A stretch of DNA of 54,756 bases, taken from a virus (lineage: Duplodnaviria > Caudoviricetes). A model generated the notes under the pieces. The model was not told where the DNA came from. It ran no database searches and saw nothing but the letters and a program-made list of their open reading frames with translations. The stretch is from the IMG/VR virus record IMGVR_UViG_3300046716_000023, positions 1 to 54,756 of that record; one strand, 5' to 3'. Each line of letters opens with the position of its first letter. Positions within the stretch are counted from its first letter, which is position 1. The position numbers were made by a program, and so were the translations under genes. This document shows positions 53,887-54,756 of this stretch, one piece after another.

Positions 53887-54756
53887 ATGCCGGCAGTCAA
53901 GCTCAAGGCAGGCGGATATCTAGTCCCCTGTGAGCTGACGGAAGTTGGAGAGAACTGGGAACTAGCGTTCCCTTACAACCGTGCACTTCTGGACGAAGTC
54001 AAGTCCATGGAAGGAGCACGGTGGAACCCGTCACGTAAGACGTGGACGGTGAAGCGCTCCGCGCGCAACAAGTTCTCCATCGGGTTCCTGCTCGGGAAAC
54101 CGGTGTTCGCCGCGTACGACGCGCCACTGCAGTACGTGAAGCCGAACCGCCCCGAACCCTGCGGCCACAAGATGCACCCGAACGGCCCGTGCCCGGAGTG
54201 CGGTTGCGCGTTCTGCTTGGGTAAGCACCAGATGGTGATGCTCAGCCACGTGATGACTCGCAAGCGATGCATCCTCGCTGGCAAGCCGGGAACCGGCAAG
54301 ACGCTGGTCGCGATGGAGTTCATGGAGTTGACCAACGAGCACCACGACGTGCCGTGGTATATCGCTCCTGACTCCGGTCTGCAAGCGGTGATCGCAGATT
54401 TCCGCAAGCATCGCCTCGCGGTCCAACCGCGATTGATGACCTACGACAAGCTCAAGCAGGTTCTCGCGACGTGGAAGGAAGGCACCGCACCTCCGCGACG
54501 CGTGATCATGGATGAGTCCTCTCGCGTGAAGGGTCACAAGACCCAACGATCAGAGGCCGCGCTCTTCCTCTCGCAGAACATGGATGCCTACTGGAAAGGC
54601 CAAGAGTATCTGCTCGAGATGTCCGGAACCCCGGACCCCAACGAGCCTGTGGACTGGTGGATGCAGTGTGAGATCGCGCGTCCCGGTTACCTCAAGGAAC
54701 CCTCGTGGTACGCTGAGCGGAAGCGCTTAGCGATCGTTGAAGAACGGCAGGGCATG
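53887..54756 (+). CDS. SNF2-family helicase, N-terminal half (missing from the ORF track; about 606 aa when joined)
   Basis: GGAGGG RBS; GKPGTGKT, IMDESS and MSGTP; in frame with ATG at 54754. Confidence 0.9.
   Translation, partial: MPAVKLKAGGYLVPCELTEVGENWELAFPYNRALLDEVKSMEGARWNPSRKTWTVKRSARNKFSIGFLLGKPVFAAYDAPLQYVKPNRPEPCGHKMHPNGPCPECGCAFCLGKHQMVMLSHVMTRKRCILAGKPGTGKTLVAMEFMELTNEHHDVPWYIAPDSGLQAVIADFRKHRLAVQPRLMTYDKLKQVLATWKEGTAPPRRVIMDESSRVKGHKTQRSEAALFLSQNMDAYWKGQEYLLEMSGTPDPNEPVDWWMQCEIARPGYLKEPSWYAERKRLAIVEERQGM
54733..54756. repeat. 24-bp terminal direct repeat, right copy
   Basis: Identical to 1-24. Confidence 0.97.

Noticed and set aside
1-54756. Stop-codon reassignment
   Set aside because: Genes tile tightly under the standard code, and TAG, TGA and TAA all end well-supported genes.

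Overview
This is a complete, circularly assembled genome of a GC-rich siphovirus-type phage. The first and last 24 bp are identical, so the unique length is 54,732 bp, and the join splits an SNF2 helicase gene. It has four gene blocks. (1) Leftward morphogenesis operon, 34286->8180: terminases, portal, lysis-like genes, a glycosyltransferase-methyltransferase, head and tail genes with a -1 frameshifted chaperone, a 1243-aa tape measure and a Maf/DUF115-like transferase. (2) Rightward block of small early-type genes, 34852->42714. (3) Leftward primase-helicase and nuclease block, 48366->42711. (4) Rightward nucleotide and replication block, 48654->8190 across the join. I recognised no integrase, CI repressor, tRNA, CRISPR array, reverse transcriptase or endolysin. 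The best candidates for new biology are: an early RNA-rich locus (three covarying pseudoknot repeats, a ~290-nt structured non-coding segment and a duplicated small protein); a promoter architecture built from TTCCT pentamers at exact 10-bp phase, one copy in front of a lone ParB-like gene; a probable cytosine-modification pathway with a kinase/UDG-like fusion; a ~690-bp almost CpG-free island next to the probable packaging site; and a probable virion glycosylation set. All calls come from reading motifs by eye; no searches or folding programs were run.
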